A stretch of 63,860 nt of DNA, filler included, from Vezdaea acicularis (Eukaryota): assembly GCA_026025075.1 (NCBI GenBank). It is 3 parts of 3 records of this genome, joined end to end, with 100 filler letters (N's around TTAATTAATTAA, not from the genome) between each part and the next. Parts side by side here need not be neighbours in the genome. Positions count along the whole stretch, not along the records: positions 1 to 29,534 come from JAPEUI010000166.1; positions 29,635 to 58,508 come from JAPEUI010000167.1; 1 more part is not named here. One strand, written 5' to 3'. The notes under the pieces are model-generated. The model saw only the letters and a list, made by a program, of their open reading frames with translations. It had not been told where the DNA came from and did no database searches. Position numbers and translations under genes: made by a program. Positions 25,202 through 36,646 of the stretch are shown here, in pieces. Numbering within the stretch: the stretch's first letter is position 1; each line of letters begins with the position of its first letter.

Positions 25202-27502
25202 ATGGTGCTCCAGCGTCTGAAGCAGCTAGCTCAACATGTAACCGGTAATAGCTCACCACCGCATCCTTTTGATCCGCTGTCCGAGTCGGAGATTGAATCA
25301 GCAGTGCAACTGATCCGCCAGGAACATGGTTCCCTCTTCTATAATGCTGTTACACTTTGGGAACCGCGGAAGGCAGAAATGCTTGCTTGGCTGGCCGACT
25401 CCCAGCACGCGCCTTTACCCCATAGGATTGCAGATGTAGTTGCTATAGCAAAGGGAAGTAAAGTGTACGATGGATTGGTGGATCTTTCAGAAGGCAAAAT
25501 TGTCAAGTGGGAGTTATTGGACGGTGTACAGCCATTGGTATGAGGCTCTATCGTGCTGGGATAGCTTTGGGGCTTGAACTGACAAGTTGAAGATTACTAT
25601 GGAAGATCTCCAGGTTGTTGAGCATATCTGTCGTACGGACCCTAAAGTGATTGAACAATGTGAAATTGTTGGTATTCCAAGATCGGATATGCACAAGGTT
25701 TACTGTGACCGTGAGTCTAGACCTATCTCTTTGGCAGCTTCATACTTATCTCAAGTCTATAGCATGGACAATCGGTTATGATGAAAGGTTTGGGAATAAA
25801 ATTAGACTTCAGCAGGCACTTATGTACTATCGACCACATATCGATGACCTCCAGTATACCTTCCCTCTTGACTTCTGTCCCATTTTCAATGCCGATACGT
25901 CAGAGATCATCCACATTGACGTTCCAAGTGTCCGGCGACCAATAAACAAGGCGCCAGCGAACAACTATCATCCAGATGCTATTGAGGCAGAGGGTGGTTA
26001 TCGTCAGGATATAAAACCAATCAACATCACACAGCCAGACGGCGTTTCTTTCAAAGTGGATGGTAGAGTCATAGATTGGCAGAACTGGAAAGTCCATGTG
26101 GGATTTAATTACCGAGAGGGGATTGTGCTCAACAATATAACGTACAATGACAAAGGGAAGGAGAGGCCCATATTCTACAGGTTGTCGCTGGCTGAGATGG
26201 TGGTACCATATGGCAATCCGGAGCACCCTCATCAGAGGAAACATGCCTTTGACCTTGGAGAATATGGTGGTGGCTATATGACCAACAGTCTAAGCCTGGG
26301 GTGTGACTGCAAGGGTGCAATACACTATATGGACGCTGCATTTGTCAACAAAGCCGGAGCAAGTCAAACGATCAGGAACGCTATCTGTATTCACGAGGAG
26401 GATGCCGGAATCCTGTTCAAACATGTGAGAGCTCGACCCTATGGCAGTAGCCGAGAAAGACTAACTTCGCCATAGACCGATTTTCGTGACAATTCCGTGA
26501 TCGTCACCCGGGGGCGGAAGCTCATTATCTCTCACGTGTTTACAGCTGCGAACTATGAGTACTGCGTGTACTGGATATTCCATCAAGATGGGACAGTCCA
26601 GCTTGAGATCAAATTGACCGGTATACTAAACACCTATGCCATGAATCCTGGAGAAGATACTCATGGGTGGGGCACCGAAGTCTACCCTGGTGTCAACGCC
26701 CACAATCATCAGCACCTATTTTGCCTACGAATCGACCCGAACATTGATGGTCCCAAAAATACAATCTTCCAGGTCGATGCTACTAGGGGGCCGGGCGAAG
26801 TTGGAAGTGTTGAAAACAAGCATGGAAACGCCTTTTATGCCAAGAAGACGATATATTCTACTGTGAAGGAGGCTGTTGTAGATTACGATGGCGCCTCAAG
26901 TCGTACCTGGGACATCGCAAACACCAATAAGATCAACCCTTATAGCCATAAGCCTGTAAGCTATAAGCTGGTCAGCCGCGAAGTTCCCACGCTCTTGCCA
27001 CGAGAGGGCGGCCTTGTGTGGAAGCGGGCAGGTTTTGCGCGCCATGCCATTCATGTCACAAAATGTGAGTTACAGGAAATGATGAGGTAACTATAACGAT
27101 CTAACGCCTGGGGATCCAGATGACGATGAACAGATTCATCCCGCAGGCCGCCACGTCCCCCAAACTTCGGGCGAGCCATCAAAAGGCTTACCGGAATGGA
27201 TCGCTAACGGCGATGCGAGTATTGAGAATACAGATGTGGTTTTATGGCATACTTTCGGCATCACGCACTTCCCTGCGCCAGAAGATTATCCTGTCATGCC
27301 CGCCGAGCCAATGACTCTTCTCCTTCGACCCCGGAATTTCTTCCTTAAAAACCCTGCACTTGATGTTCCACCAAGCTACTGTTCAATCCCTAGCCAACTC
27401 GCCAGAGGAGGAGCCGCGTGGGGTGCTGTTAGGGATGCGTCAGACAAGATGAGTAGATTAGCGTTTGCTCCAGTAGGGTCTGATTGCTGTGAGAAGAGTT
27501 GA
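25202..27502 (+). CDS. Copper amine oxidase, probably peroxisomal (5 exons)
   Basis: HPFDPLS, AFDLGEYG, TPQ consensus ANYEY, Cu ligands HNHQH and HFPAPEDYPVMP. N-terminal PTS2-like RLKQLAQHV. Confidence 0.95.
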
Positions 27503-27926
27503 ATGTATATCTAGCTTCTAAATCTAAGCTTGGGACCCAAAGTTTATATGTAGTTTGGGCGATGCGGTATAATAGATCGCCTTCACATGTATCAAGCACA
27601 TCGTGACACCTCGAGTGTAGCTCATGAGTAGGCTTGAAAACAGGCAAATCAATTACTAATGCACCGGATACATGCGAACGTATATTAGCTGTGACTTAAA
27701 CTTCCGGCTTTGCAGTGGAGAATACTTGATGAAAGTTGAACATAGCTATTCGAGATCAAATTTTCATTGATGGATAGGCTTCAAAATCCCTAATCCGGAC
27801 TTGTGAGGTTGGCGAAGTCACTTTCTCGGACCTCCACCGTAACACTGTCCCCACGAAAGTAACAAACAACGTGAGTTGAGCGTAATATGCAGATCAAAGA
27901 TTGGTACTCACAGTGATAGGTGGAAA

Positions 27927-28514
27927 ATGGAAGATACGTTCTTGCAGCTGCCTTTGCAGCTCAATCCCGCATACAAAGAAGTATATACCACAACCTCCGA
28001 CAAAGCTCTCAAAGACGAACTACAGCAACTCAACGCCTTACATAAGTCGCTACGCACCCTCGAGACCCCAATACCTCCACCCCCTACCTCCGTCAACCCT
28101 AAGCGCAGCGCTCAAATCAATAAGATGCGGGAAAGTGGTAATACTAGCTATAAGAAGGGCTCTTACGCCGAGGCGATTCGTATGTACTCCTTTGGGATTG
28201 AAATGGCACTTGGGAGACCAGTATGGGAGCCATCAAACCTCTTTCGTGATGAGGTAGCTGGACTATATGCAAACCGAGCGCAGGCACATATGGCCATGCA
28301 GAATTGGCCCGAGGGTATGGTGGACGCGGAAGCCAGCGTGGAAATGAAAAAAGTGGGAAATGCGAAGGGTTGGTGGAGAAAAGGGAAGTGCTTGGTTGAG
28401 ATGGGTAGATTTGAGGAGGCTAAAGAGTGGATTTCCAAGGCTCTTGAGATTGAGGGCAGTGATGCTGATTTGCTTGGGCTGATGAAAGACGTCAAGTCTA
28501 CGCTCGATCGATAG
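27927..28514 (+). CDS. SEC72: Translocation protein Sec72 (TPR)
   Basis: Single exon. PPPPTSVNPKRSAQINKMRESGN, RPVWEP and TPR helices (LYANRAQAHM, KGWWRKGKCL). Confidence 0.88.
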   Translation: MEDTFLQLPLQLNPAYKEVYTTTSDKALKDELQQLNALHKSLRTLETPIPPPPTSVNPKRSAQINKMRESGNTSYKKGSYAEAIRMYSFGIEMALGRPVWEPSNLFRDEVAGLYANRAQAHMAMQNWPEGMVDAEASVEMKKVGNAKGWWRKGKCLVEMGRFEEAKEWISKALEIEGSDADLLGLMKDVKSTLDR

Positions 28515-29412
28515 AAAAGAGAGAAATCCAACTCTGTATCATATCTACAGCCAATGGAGTCTACTCAAATACATAGTAGAAGTTCAGCTTCAGAGGGAGA
28601 ATTATCACTCTCTGTGATCGAACAGCTCGCTGAAAGGCTACGTTAGAGAAAGTTTAATGACCGTCGGGAGGCTTAGGAAACACGCGAAAAGTGAAAATGA
28701 TAAGCAGACCTCCCAGGTCATCACATAAATAAAGTCGTGGAGAATGTTCATGAAGAGATTCTTAAAGTCCTACCGTCATTCCCAGTCCACGGAGGATGTA
28801 GGATTAGCTCGTGGGTGGAGAACACAAGATATTGAATGAGAAAATATGAGGTACTCGTCCAGAACGTTGAGGCCAAGAAGGCCATATCGGTAGATCTACT
28901 GGGGTTCGCAGAAACGGATATGGAACGTAATAGGTCCCGATGCAGATTAAGAAACATACTCAAGGAAATAGGGGCGGAAGTGCCGCCAAGAGATGACAGA
29001 TATCCTGGACATTGATCAGGCGATCGCGACCCTGATCCGTGCAAATACAATGAGATATGATAACGAAAAGCCCCAAAAGGCTTTATGAATTAGTTACAGT
29101 GGATTAGGAATTTAATTTTGGTTTCGATGGCCACCTGGGAGGTATGACAAGAGCAAGAAAACGGTTTTCCCGGAAGTGGAATCTTTAACTGAGATCAGAA
29201 AGATTGATGTTAATAACTTTGTCAATCTAGCGTTGATAGAAGTGGATATTAAGCGAAGTTGCTAGTTTCACTTTCGTTACTTGCTGCGTATAACTGGCAA
29301 TAAGATAGAAAGTTAAGCTTAAACTCTTGAGAAAGCGCGTTTATACGTAAATAAGGCTGTGTTCACTGCGCCAGTGCCCGCGCTGCTGTTGAAATTGGCG
29401 ACTGAAGCATCG

Positions 29413-29534
29413 TTAGGGTTAGGGTTAGGGTTAGGGTTAGGGTTAGGGTTAGGGTTAGGGTTAGGGTTAGGGTTAGGGTTAGGGTTAGGGTTAGGGTTAG
29501 GGTTAGGGTTAGGGTTAGGGTTAGGGTTAGGGTT
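29413..29534 (+). repeat. Telomeric repeat (TTAGGG)20 at contig end; chromosome terminus
   Basis: Perfect TTAGGG array with the G-rich strand running 5'->3' towards the contig end, truncated by the N spacer. Confidence 0.95.
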
Positions 29535-29634
29535 NNNNNNNNNNNNNNNNNNNNNNNNNNNNNNNNNNNNNNNNNNNNTTAATTAATTAANNNNNNNNNN
29601 NNNNNNNNNNNNNNNNNNNNNNNNNNNNNNNNNN
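29535..29634. other. Artificial contig spacer (N44-TTAATTAATTAA-N44)
   Basis: All-frame stop linker flanked by N runs; an identical structure occurs at 58509-58608. Confidence 0.97.
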
Positions 29635-30117
29635 ACGCTAGCACCCGTTCGGCGAGCACGATGACTCGCTGGGACTCGGGACTTTTTCTTGCGCGCAGAA
29701 ACGCAGATCGACGACCGCTCTCGACAGGCCAACAGGCGAGTGGCCGACTGCGGGCGACCCAGAGCAACCGGCACGGCGGGCGTTTGGCCCCATCGGCAAG
29801 CACTGAGGGTATGCGCGGACACGACGTTGCAGATCGCCCGCGGGTCCGATCGGTGCGCGCTGATCCCCATCCGGCTGCCTCTTTCGATGGTGCGGTGCCG
29901 CATCCGCGTCCGTCTGGATGGATCGAGGTCCGCGATGGATGGACGTTGCACGCCCATACGCTGGGGACGCAGAGCTGTGTGGACCCGGAGTGGGCAAGCC
30001 TGACGTCGCTTGAGCTTGGGCCCGTGAGCGTGAGCGCGCTGGGAACAGACTGATGCCAGCCAGCCCTTGGCCGTGGTTCCTGCTGCTGCGACCCTATGGA
30101 TCACCTCGGCAGCCGCT

Positions 30118-30159
30118 GCCTCTGCCTTTGCCTTTGCCTCTGCTTCTGCCTTGGCCTTG
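30118..30159. repeat. Imperfect hexanucleotide microsatellite (GCCTYT-like)
   Basis: gcctct gccttt gccttt gcctct gcttct gccttg gccttg. Confidence 0.7.
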
Positions 30160-31188
30160 TCCCCCGTGCGCCGGTACCGACATATGGAATCCGAAGCTGG
30201 AGTTCCCCCGATGCCGTCCCGCGCACGACCTCATCGTGGGACTCCGTCCGCTGGCTCTCTCCTCTCTCGGCGCGCCGCCTGCCTTGCCCCTTCCCGATCG
30301 GACCTGGCTTGCCCTGGGTGAGCAGCAGTCCAGATCCCCCTCCCACCCCCCCCGGTTGAAACCTTGCGGCACCCTTGCCCTCTTTGACCCCCCCCATGGC
30401 GCGCCACTGCAGCCGCCGTCCTTCTGCCCTCCCCACGACTATCGCTCGCTCGCAACGACGTAACAATCACTCCCGTCGCCGCGCCAGGCCCAAGTCAGTC
30501 CACACTCCCAGGCCGGCCTATAACCAGGCAGGGTTGCCCATCACAAGGGTTACCGCCATCCTGGGTGCGTCTCGCCGAACCTGCCTCCTTCTGCTCTCGT
30601 CCTCCGTCGCTCTTGCTTCTTTCTGGTGCCTTCCTCGTCCATTCGCACCTCCGCAACCGAAGTGGAAAAGGAAAGAGCACATCGTCCGCGCATCTCTGGT
30701 CGGAGCCTTCCCCTTCTCGTGTGATTGGGGCCCTTGACCTTGACCTTGCCCTTGCTGCACCGCAAGCCGACCTTCCCTACCCAATCTCGCACACCTCGAC
30801 GGCATCTTCTCTCCCCAACAGCATTCGATAGCCGAACTCGACGAACACACGCAGTCTGCGAGCTGACGATTTTCTGGCCACATCAATCTCCTCTGAGGAT
30901 TTCGTTGCGTCCTCCTCATACGCAGAGACAAGGAGCAGATACGCCTCTTTCATTCCTCCGGGGAAGAACTGCTCGCCCTCGGGAGATCGCCCAACCGTGT
31001 GTTTCGAGTCCGTCTTCACACCCGGATTACACCCTCTTGAGAAACAGGTATTCGGAACGCGGGGCTATATCAACGTCCACATCCATCTTCTGGCCGCCTC
31101 GGGTTGCATATACAAAGACATTCGCCTTCTGTGAAAACCTACCATATCGTGTCTAACACCCTTTGCGGTGCACGCCCATATCAGGAAG

Positions 31189-32250
31189 ATGGATCTTGCT
31201 ACCCTCGTTCACAGCGATCGATCGCTCATGACCCGGCAATACAGCTCGCCTGCTCATTACAGTCCGCCTCTAAGCTCTCAGGATCATGACCGGAAGAGCG
31301 GGCCTCGGCCAGCCCTGGCTGAAAACCCATACGCTCGTGCGAGCTATCCACACAATCGTGCCCCTCAGTCACCTCCAACCCCTCCGACGGATGAGCAGCC
31401 CAAATGCTCTCTTCCCCGGATATCGAACTTGCTCATGTACGCTGATGGCGCTTCTTCAAATGTTCAACAGACAGGTGAGCTAGCACAGTTCCGCTATATG
31501 CAACATGTTACTGATACATCAACAGTCCCAACTGCCACCAAACAGATGAGCCCAACAGCTGCACAACCCGGACCCCTCTATTACAGGTCTGCGCCGTCAC
31601 AAGTACGGCCTGGCGAGACGATTACCACCCAGCATCCATCAAACCTTCCCCCAAGCCCTCCGGGACGACTTGATGGTGCTCTGGACGGTCGTCAAAGCCC
31701 CTCGACAGCATCACAGCAGTCGGCGAGCACATCATACTACTTCGGCTCCGCCATCAATAACGTAGACGCAAGTACCCAGCGTCAGGCCCTTTCGCCAAGG
31801 TCTCATGCTCATCACTCTTTACCTCCGTCGTATAACTCCTCTCCCGCTGGGTCTCTGCCGTCATATTTTAACTCTCCGGCGAGCGTATCTGGCCAATCCG
31901 TTTATTCGCAGCGATCACTACCTCAATTCTCGCCGGGGGCAACCCCACTCACGATGACACCCGCGACATCCGTCAGCAGCTCAAGCAATGGTCAGAATCC
32001 CTGGCAGCATCATCATTATATTTCAGCCTCGGCGCAAGCTCAGTTCCCTCCCTCACAAGATCGCTATATCTGCCAGACGTGCAACAAAGCGTTCTCGCGC
32101 CCCAGCAGTTTACGGATCCACGGCCACAGCCACTCGGGCGAGAAGCCATTCAAGTGTCCTCACCAGGGCTGCGGCAAAGCCTTTAGCGTGCGAAGTAACA
32201 TGAAGCGACACGAGCGTGGGTGCCACTCTTCGTCACCCTCGTCCATGTGA
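31189..32250 (+). CDS. mtfA: C2H2 zinc-finger transcription factor, MtfA-like
   Basis: N-terminal MDLATL, CSLPRISNLL motif, NPWQHHHYI and two C-terminal fingers QDRYICQTCNKAFSRPSSLRIH...GEKPFKCPHQGCGKAFSVRSNMKRHERGCH. Probable in-frame intron 31475-31525. Confidence 0.8.
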   Translation: MDLATLVHSDRSLMTRQYSSPAHYSPPLSSQDHDRKSGPRPALAENPYARASYPHNRAPQSPPTPPTDEQPKCSLPRISNLLMYADGASSNVQQTGELAQFRYMQHVTDTSTVPTATKQMSPTAAQPGPLYYRSAPSQVRPGETITTQHPSNLPPSPPGRLDGALDGRQSPSTASQQSASTSYYFGSAINNVDASTQRQALSPRSHAHHSLPPSYNSSPAGSLPSYFNSPASVSGQSVYSQRSLPQFSPGATPLTMTPATSVSSSSNGQNPWQHHHYISASAQAQFPPSQDRYICQTCNKAFSRPSSLRIHGHSHSGEKPFKCPHQGCGKAFSVRSNMKRHERGCHSSSPSSM

Positions 32251-32858
32251 TATTCCTTGACCTTCACTATTTGATTTTCAGTCTTAACTCTCGGCCATTT
32301 CAGTCCATGTACAGACTTCGCCCCTTTCATTGAGTTCGGCGTATTGGTTGGCAACATGTCGGGTGGCTATTGCTAGGGCGCTGCTGCTCCTTCTGCGACT
32401 CGGAAAGTTTCAGGGGCTCCACCGAGGGCGTCTAACGGATCAATATGGATTTTTTCCTGGAGCTTTTTTTGGCTTTGCTAAAACTTTTCATAACTTCCCA
32501 ATTTTGCACATACTTCTTTCCTGCGACGGAGCATGTCGAATGTTATACCATGATGGGATGCGTTCTTGCATTGGATGGAACTATGAGGGTAGAATTAGGT
32601 CTTTATCGGTTCGCTAGACGCTTAGGAATAAATTGCATGTCTCCCCACACGCTCCAAATGCGTTTCGATGTCTTTCTCCCTTTCTGTCTCTACGGTGTTT
32701 CAATATGTCAACACTGTGTTGTAATTGAAAGTCGAAGATTCAGGGCGCCCACTACCACACAGGATGACGTGGCGATTACATCTGCCCAAGAAACCCTTGA
32801 GTCACGCTCATTCCAGGCGAGGCTCTGTTTGATGCACGGACATCTCCCACAAGCCTCC

Positions 32859-33311
32859 TCACTTTCGGAGAACGCCAGAAGCATATAACGCCGGGATCAC
32901 CTGATACTCCGTCCACTCCGTGCACTTGACCAGCGGTGGCTGCGGCTCGCCAGGAGCGTAGAACCTGCCGTCCGGCTTCTGCTGTTCCATCCGATTGGTC
33001 TGTGTATTGTAGCTCATCTGCTTTGGGGGTGGTGGTTGTTCTCGGCAGATCCGCTCGACTTCAGCTGGATACATCGATGCGGGGACGGTTCCTAATAGTT
33101 CTTTCGAGTGGAAGGTGGAGACTTGCTCGGGGTCGCTTTCGGGTTTGGTCTCGTAGCGCATGCCGCTGACGAGGTCGCCGGTTACGTGGTGGGTGATCCC
33201 GCTACCGTCGGCATTGGTGAGGGCGAAGATGGCGGTATGGTAGTGTTTTTGGGACATTGCGGGACCTGGGAGAGTGAGGGTATATTTGACTTTGTAAAAG
33301 GGGATGGACAT
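32859..33311 (-). CDS. Hypothetical fungal protein, 150 aa
   Basis: Single ATG-to-stop ORF with globular composition; HTAIF, HHVTGDL and KCTEWT motifs. Confidence 0.7.
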   Translation of the reverse strand: MSIPFYKVKYTLTLPGPAMSQKHYHTAIFALTNADGSGITHHVTGDLVSGMRYETKPESDPEQVSTFHSKELLGTVPASMYPAEVERICREQPPPPKQMSYNTQTNRMEQQKPDGRFYAPGEPQPPLVKCTEWTEYQVIPALYASGVLRK

Positions 33312-34357
33312 TGTGCTTTAGTTCGGTCTGGATGTAGAAGGAAGATGAATGTTAAGGGAATTTTGCAGACCTCGACTCGGGTCAGGAAAGAAAAGGAATG
33401 GCTTGTTTTTTTGCGTCGTGAGGGACACAGATAGAATGCAGAGATGCTAAGCGCTCGATTTTGCTTGCTCTTTTAGATATACGTCTCAAAGCATACCACT
33501 TCAATTGCCTGTGTCGCGTACTAGGCCTCGACTGTGCAGCAGGCTTTATATGCCCATCAACGCGCCCTTGCCCTTGACACCCTGCTAGCGCTATGAATAG
33601 CTTCACCTTGCTCAGGCTCACCTTAGTCTAACTTAAATCAACTGTGAAGAGGGTCAACTGCGACTTGTACTTCTGGCGTCTTTTGCCCGTCGAAATGATC
33701 TATAAAGCGGCGTGGCGCTATTTCCTTAGTTTTTCTGGATCCTATCCGGGTCCGTCGTAAGCTACAGAGTGTGATGGTGATGATGATGGACAGATGAAAC
33801 AGAACGTATGGTCATTCTTTTTGTAAAGAACGGGCATCGCAGAGATTCGGAAGTCAATCACTTTTGACTATTTCCCCAACGGCATGCCGTTCTTCGAGAA
33901 CATAGGTTTTCAACCCTCGACATATGAATACTCTAGGCGCATGTTTTAAGGGTGGTAATAGCGCTTATAGTCCCATCGCGGATTTAGTCTCTGCTTTTCG
34001 ACTTAGCCGCGAGGTTAGTAAATCACACAAGTGTAAGGTCCAAGCATTGGAACTGCTCAGCGTCTGCAAAAACATGCACGAGCGCATTGAATTTACAAGT
34101 AGGGAGCAATGGTTGAGATCACTCTCATGCGGAAGCGGATAGCAGATATCTGGTAGTCAAGACTAGATTGACACTTGACACAGACCAGTAATGCTTCTTT
34201 GACCCCGGAAAGGTTTTTCGACCACGTCGTCACCAACCACACTCCGGGTCAAGCAGCTATCAACAGATAAAAGTTTGGCCAGAATTTGGAATACGTCTAT
34301 GTAGCCAAATATACTGTGTCGACTATTCTCATAATTATACGACTGCTAAGTTTCCAA

Positions 34358-35333
34358 ATGCGGGACACCTCACCTATCGTATGCTACCGGAAGTGTCCCT
34401 TTCCATAGATTGTTATCTGACTTTCAACGTCGAAGCTGGAAGAGCTACAGCTCCCATACTTCAGGGATGTAAGCGAATTGCCAGCTCCTCTCCCGACAAA
34501 GGAAGAGATCCATGCATCATCAAATGTTGTCAAAGGAGGGGAGATCCACGACTTTCGAAGAGTCGTCATTGTTGGTCAACATTTCCTGGTCAAATATGGC
34601 CGCTACGCAGGACGAATTGAAGGAGAAAACCTTGCCTTCATTGAACAACATCTACAAATACAAGCGCCGCGGCTCTATGCGATGTGGCGGGAACCGACCG
34701 GTGAGCTATATATCATCATGGAGCTGATCCACGGAGAGCCACTCAATACGAAATGGCCCACGCTTGCGGAGGAAGAGCGAACGCTAATCTTAGGTAAAAT
34801 GCGGAGCACTTTCGATAAAATGCGTGCGCTTCCGTCTCCGGGATTTTTTGGAAGTGTTACTGGAGGCAAGGTGCCACACGCTCTTTTTTGGACGCCTCAC
34901 GACGACCCTAAGGTGAATGGGCCTTTTGAAAACCATCGTGAACTTATCCTAGGCCTCGCAGAGAAATCGTGGCTGAATGGGGCGCTCAATAAGTGCCGCT
35001 CATACCGAGCGGACTTTTTTGAGAAACATCTTTCGCGAACCCTTGAAGATCACACACCAACCTTTACACACACGGATTTGCTGCGGCAGAATGTGATGAT
35101 GCAACAAATCTCACCCTAAGAAGAGTCTGGAGTGAAGGATTTTCAAGTGACTGTGATCGACTGGGAGGATGCTGGGTGGTACCCCCGCTTACTGGGAATA
35201 TGCTATAGCCTTCACTGCGTTCAGCTGGTATGAAGATGACTGGCCAGACGTGATCGACAGCATTATTCACCCTTGGTGCGCAGAAGCTGCGATGCTAAAG
35301 CTGATAGTAGATGACCTATGGATAACAACATAG
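34358..35333 (+). pseudogene. APH/choline-kinase-like phosphotransferase pseudogene
   Basis: Exon 1 34358-34378, intron 34379-34435, then LPYF...LPAPLPT, VKYG, YIIMELI, HTDLLRQN. In-frame TAA at 35117-35119 precedes IDWEDAGWYP, followed by two apparent +1 frameshifts before AYWEY and WYEDDW. Confidence 0.8.
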
Positions 35334-36172
35334 ATACATTTTCATCGCATTGTTGTGCAAATACGATAGCCAAATGCTTGTACAATCTCTCAAGACTACA
35401 CAAGCCGGTCTCACAATAGGCCACATCTACGGCCGTTTCCTTGCTCTTCCAGCGGACATGCTCGGCATCACTCTAAGATCTAGACAGTTCTCTCCTGCTT
35501 GGTGATGTTGTGAATCTTTTAGGGCAGTCCTGTTGGGGAAGATTAACCATGCAAAAGAGAGATTCGTGTCGCGCCAACGACTTCTTCAAGATACTGTTTT
35601 CTTTCTTGTTCGCCCCAAAGCTTCCGGATATCCTCGTCATGGTTCATCCCATAGCAACCGGTGAATGGCATCACGTCCGCATGAGCATGGGTGCGACTTA
35701 AATGCAAGCAAGCTGCTGCAATTCTAGGGGACGTTTCTCCTTGCCAACTTTTGGCACCTGCGGAGACCACCTGGAACTTGTGTTGACCCGGCTAACATGT
35801 GTGCCATGCAAGAGCTGTGTAGACTCAGGAGGCTCGCCAGAGTGCTGCTTAATCATGGGGCGGTGGCAATGGCAGGACGTGTCACGGGATATGGAGGGAA
35901 TCGTGGATTGGAGCGGCGAGGAGAGATTTTTGGGAGCCGTTTGAGGGAGGGTGGTACCTCTGAGGAAGTGATTAAGATGGAGGAGATGGACAGGATTGAA
36001 GGGTAAATGCGGGCTTTGCATCAACTTAGTCAGAGCAAGCATATATCACCCATCCAATCCTCTGACCAAGCATCACGGACGAAGTCGCACGTCACCCCAT
36101 CCTCTTCTTTCCCCTCCCCTCCAAGACCAAGTTTAAATGTGCAACATAACCCCTTTTACCCCATCACCAACC

Positions 36173-36292
36173 ACATTCGACCACAGACAGTGGAAAACTG
36201 GGCATCCCGTCTGCTCTGCCACCCATAAGCCGCTGATCGGCTGGATAGTAGTGTCGTCGGTGACAAGACGCGAAACCCCGGCTGTTGAATGT
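36173..36292 (+). rRNA. 5S rRNA gene, copy 1
   Basis: ACATTCGACC...GGAAAACTGGGCATCCCGTC...TAGTAGT...GGTGAC...GCGAA...GCTGTTGAATGT matches the Pezizomycotina 5S layout. Termini pair (helix I) and a T-run terminator follows. Confidence 0.92.
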
Positions 36293-36646
36293 CTTTTTCT
36301 TTTTGCTGGGTCTTTTTTGCGAGGGAGATGGAACGGGTTTTGCCGGTAAGGAAGAGGAGAGAGGGGAAGCTTGTTGGGAGGAGGGTGGGGGGGGGGGGAG
36401 AAAAAGCACAGCTAGGGAGACGTGGAGGATGAGGGGGGAATACAGTTGAAGAGGGGAAATACAGATTTTGCAACGAAGCCAAAACAAGCGTAATCATACA
36501 CATCACCCATCTCATTGTCTACCCAAACATCATATCAGAAGTCCTACGCCACCTTTTCCCGCTCCCTCCTTTCCTACTCTTCGCGGCCCCTCACCCTTAA
36601 ATCATAGCAAACACGCGATATATCCCCATACAAGCTCCGAATAAGC

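Noticed and set aside
29359..29586. ORF encoding a poly-(GL) repeat
   Set aside because: Translation of the telomeric TTAGGG array and the Ns.
29579..29590. TTAATTAATTAA palindrome (also 58553-58564) as a biological element
   Set aside because: It sits between equal-length N runs at both positions; it is a scaffolding linker. Physical linkage between the contigs should not be inferred.
35117..35119. Premature stop rescued by readthrough or A-to-I editing
   Set aside because: Two downstream frameshifts would still disrupt the protein.
35543..35860. Possible small minus-strand gene between the kinase pseudogene and 5S copy 1
   Set aside because: No consistent exon structure or recognisable motif could be built.
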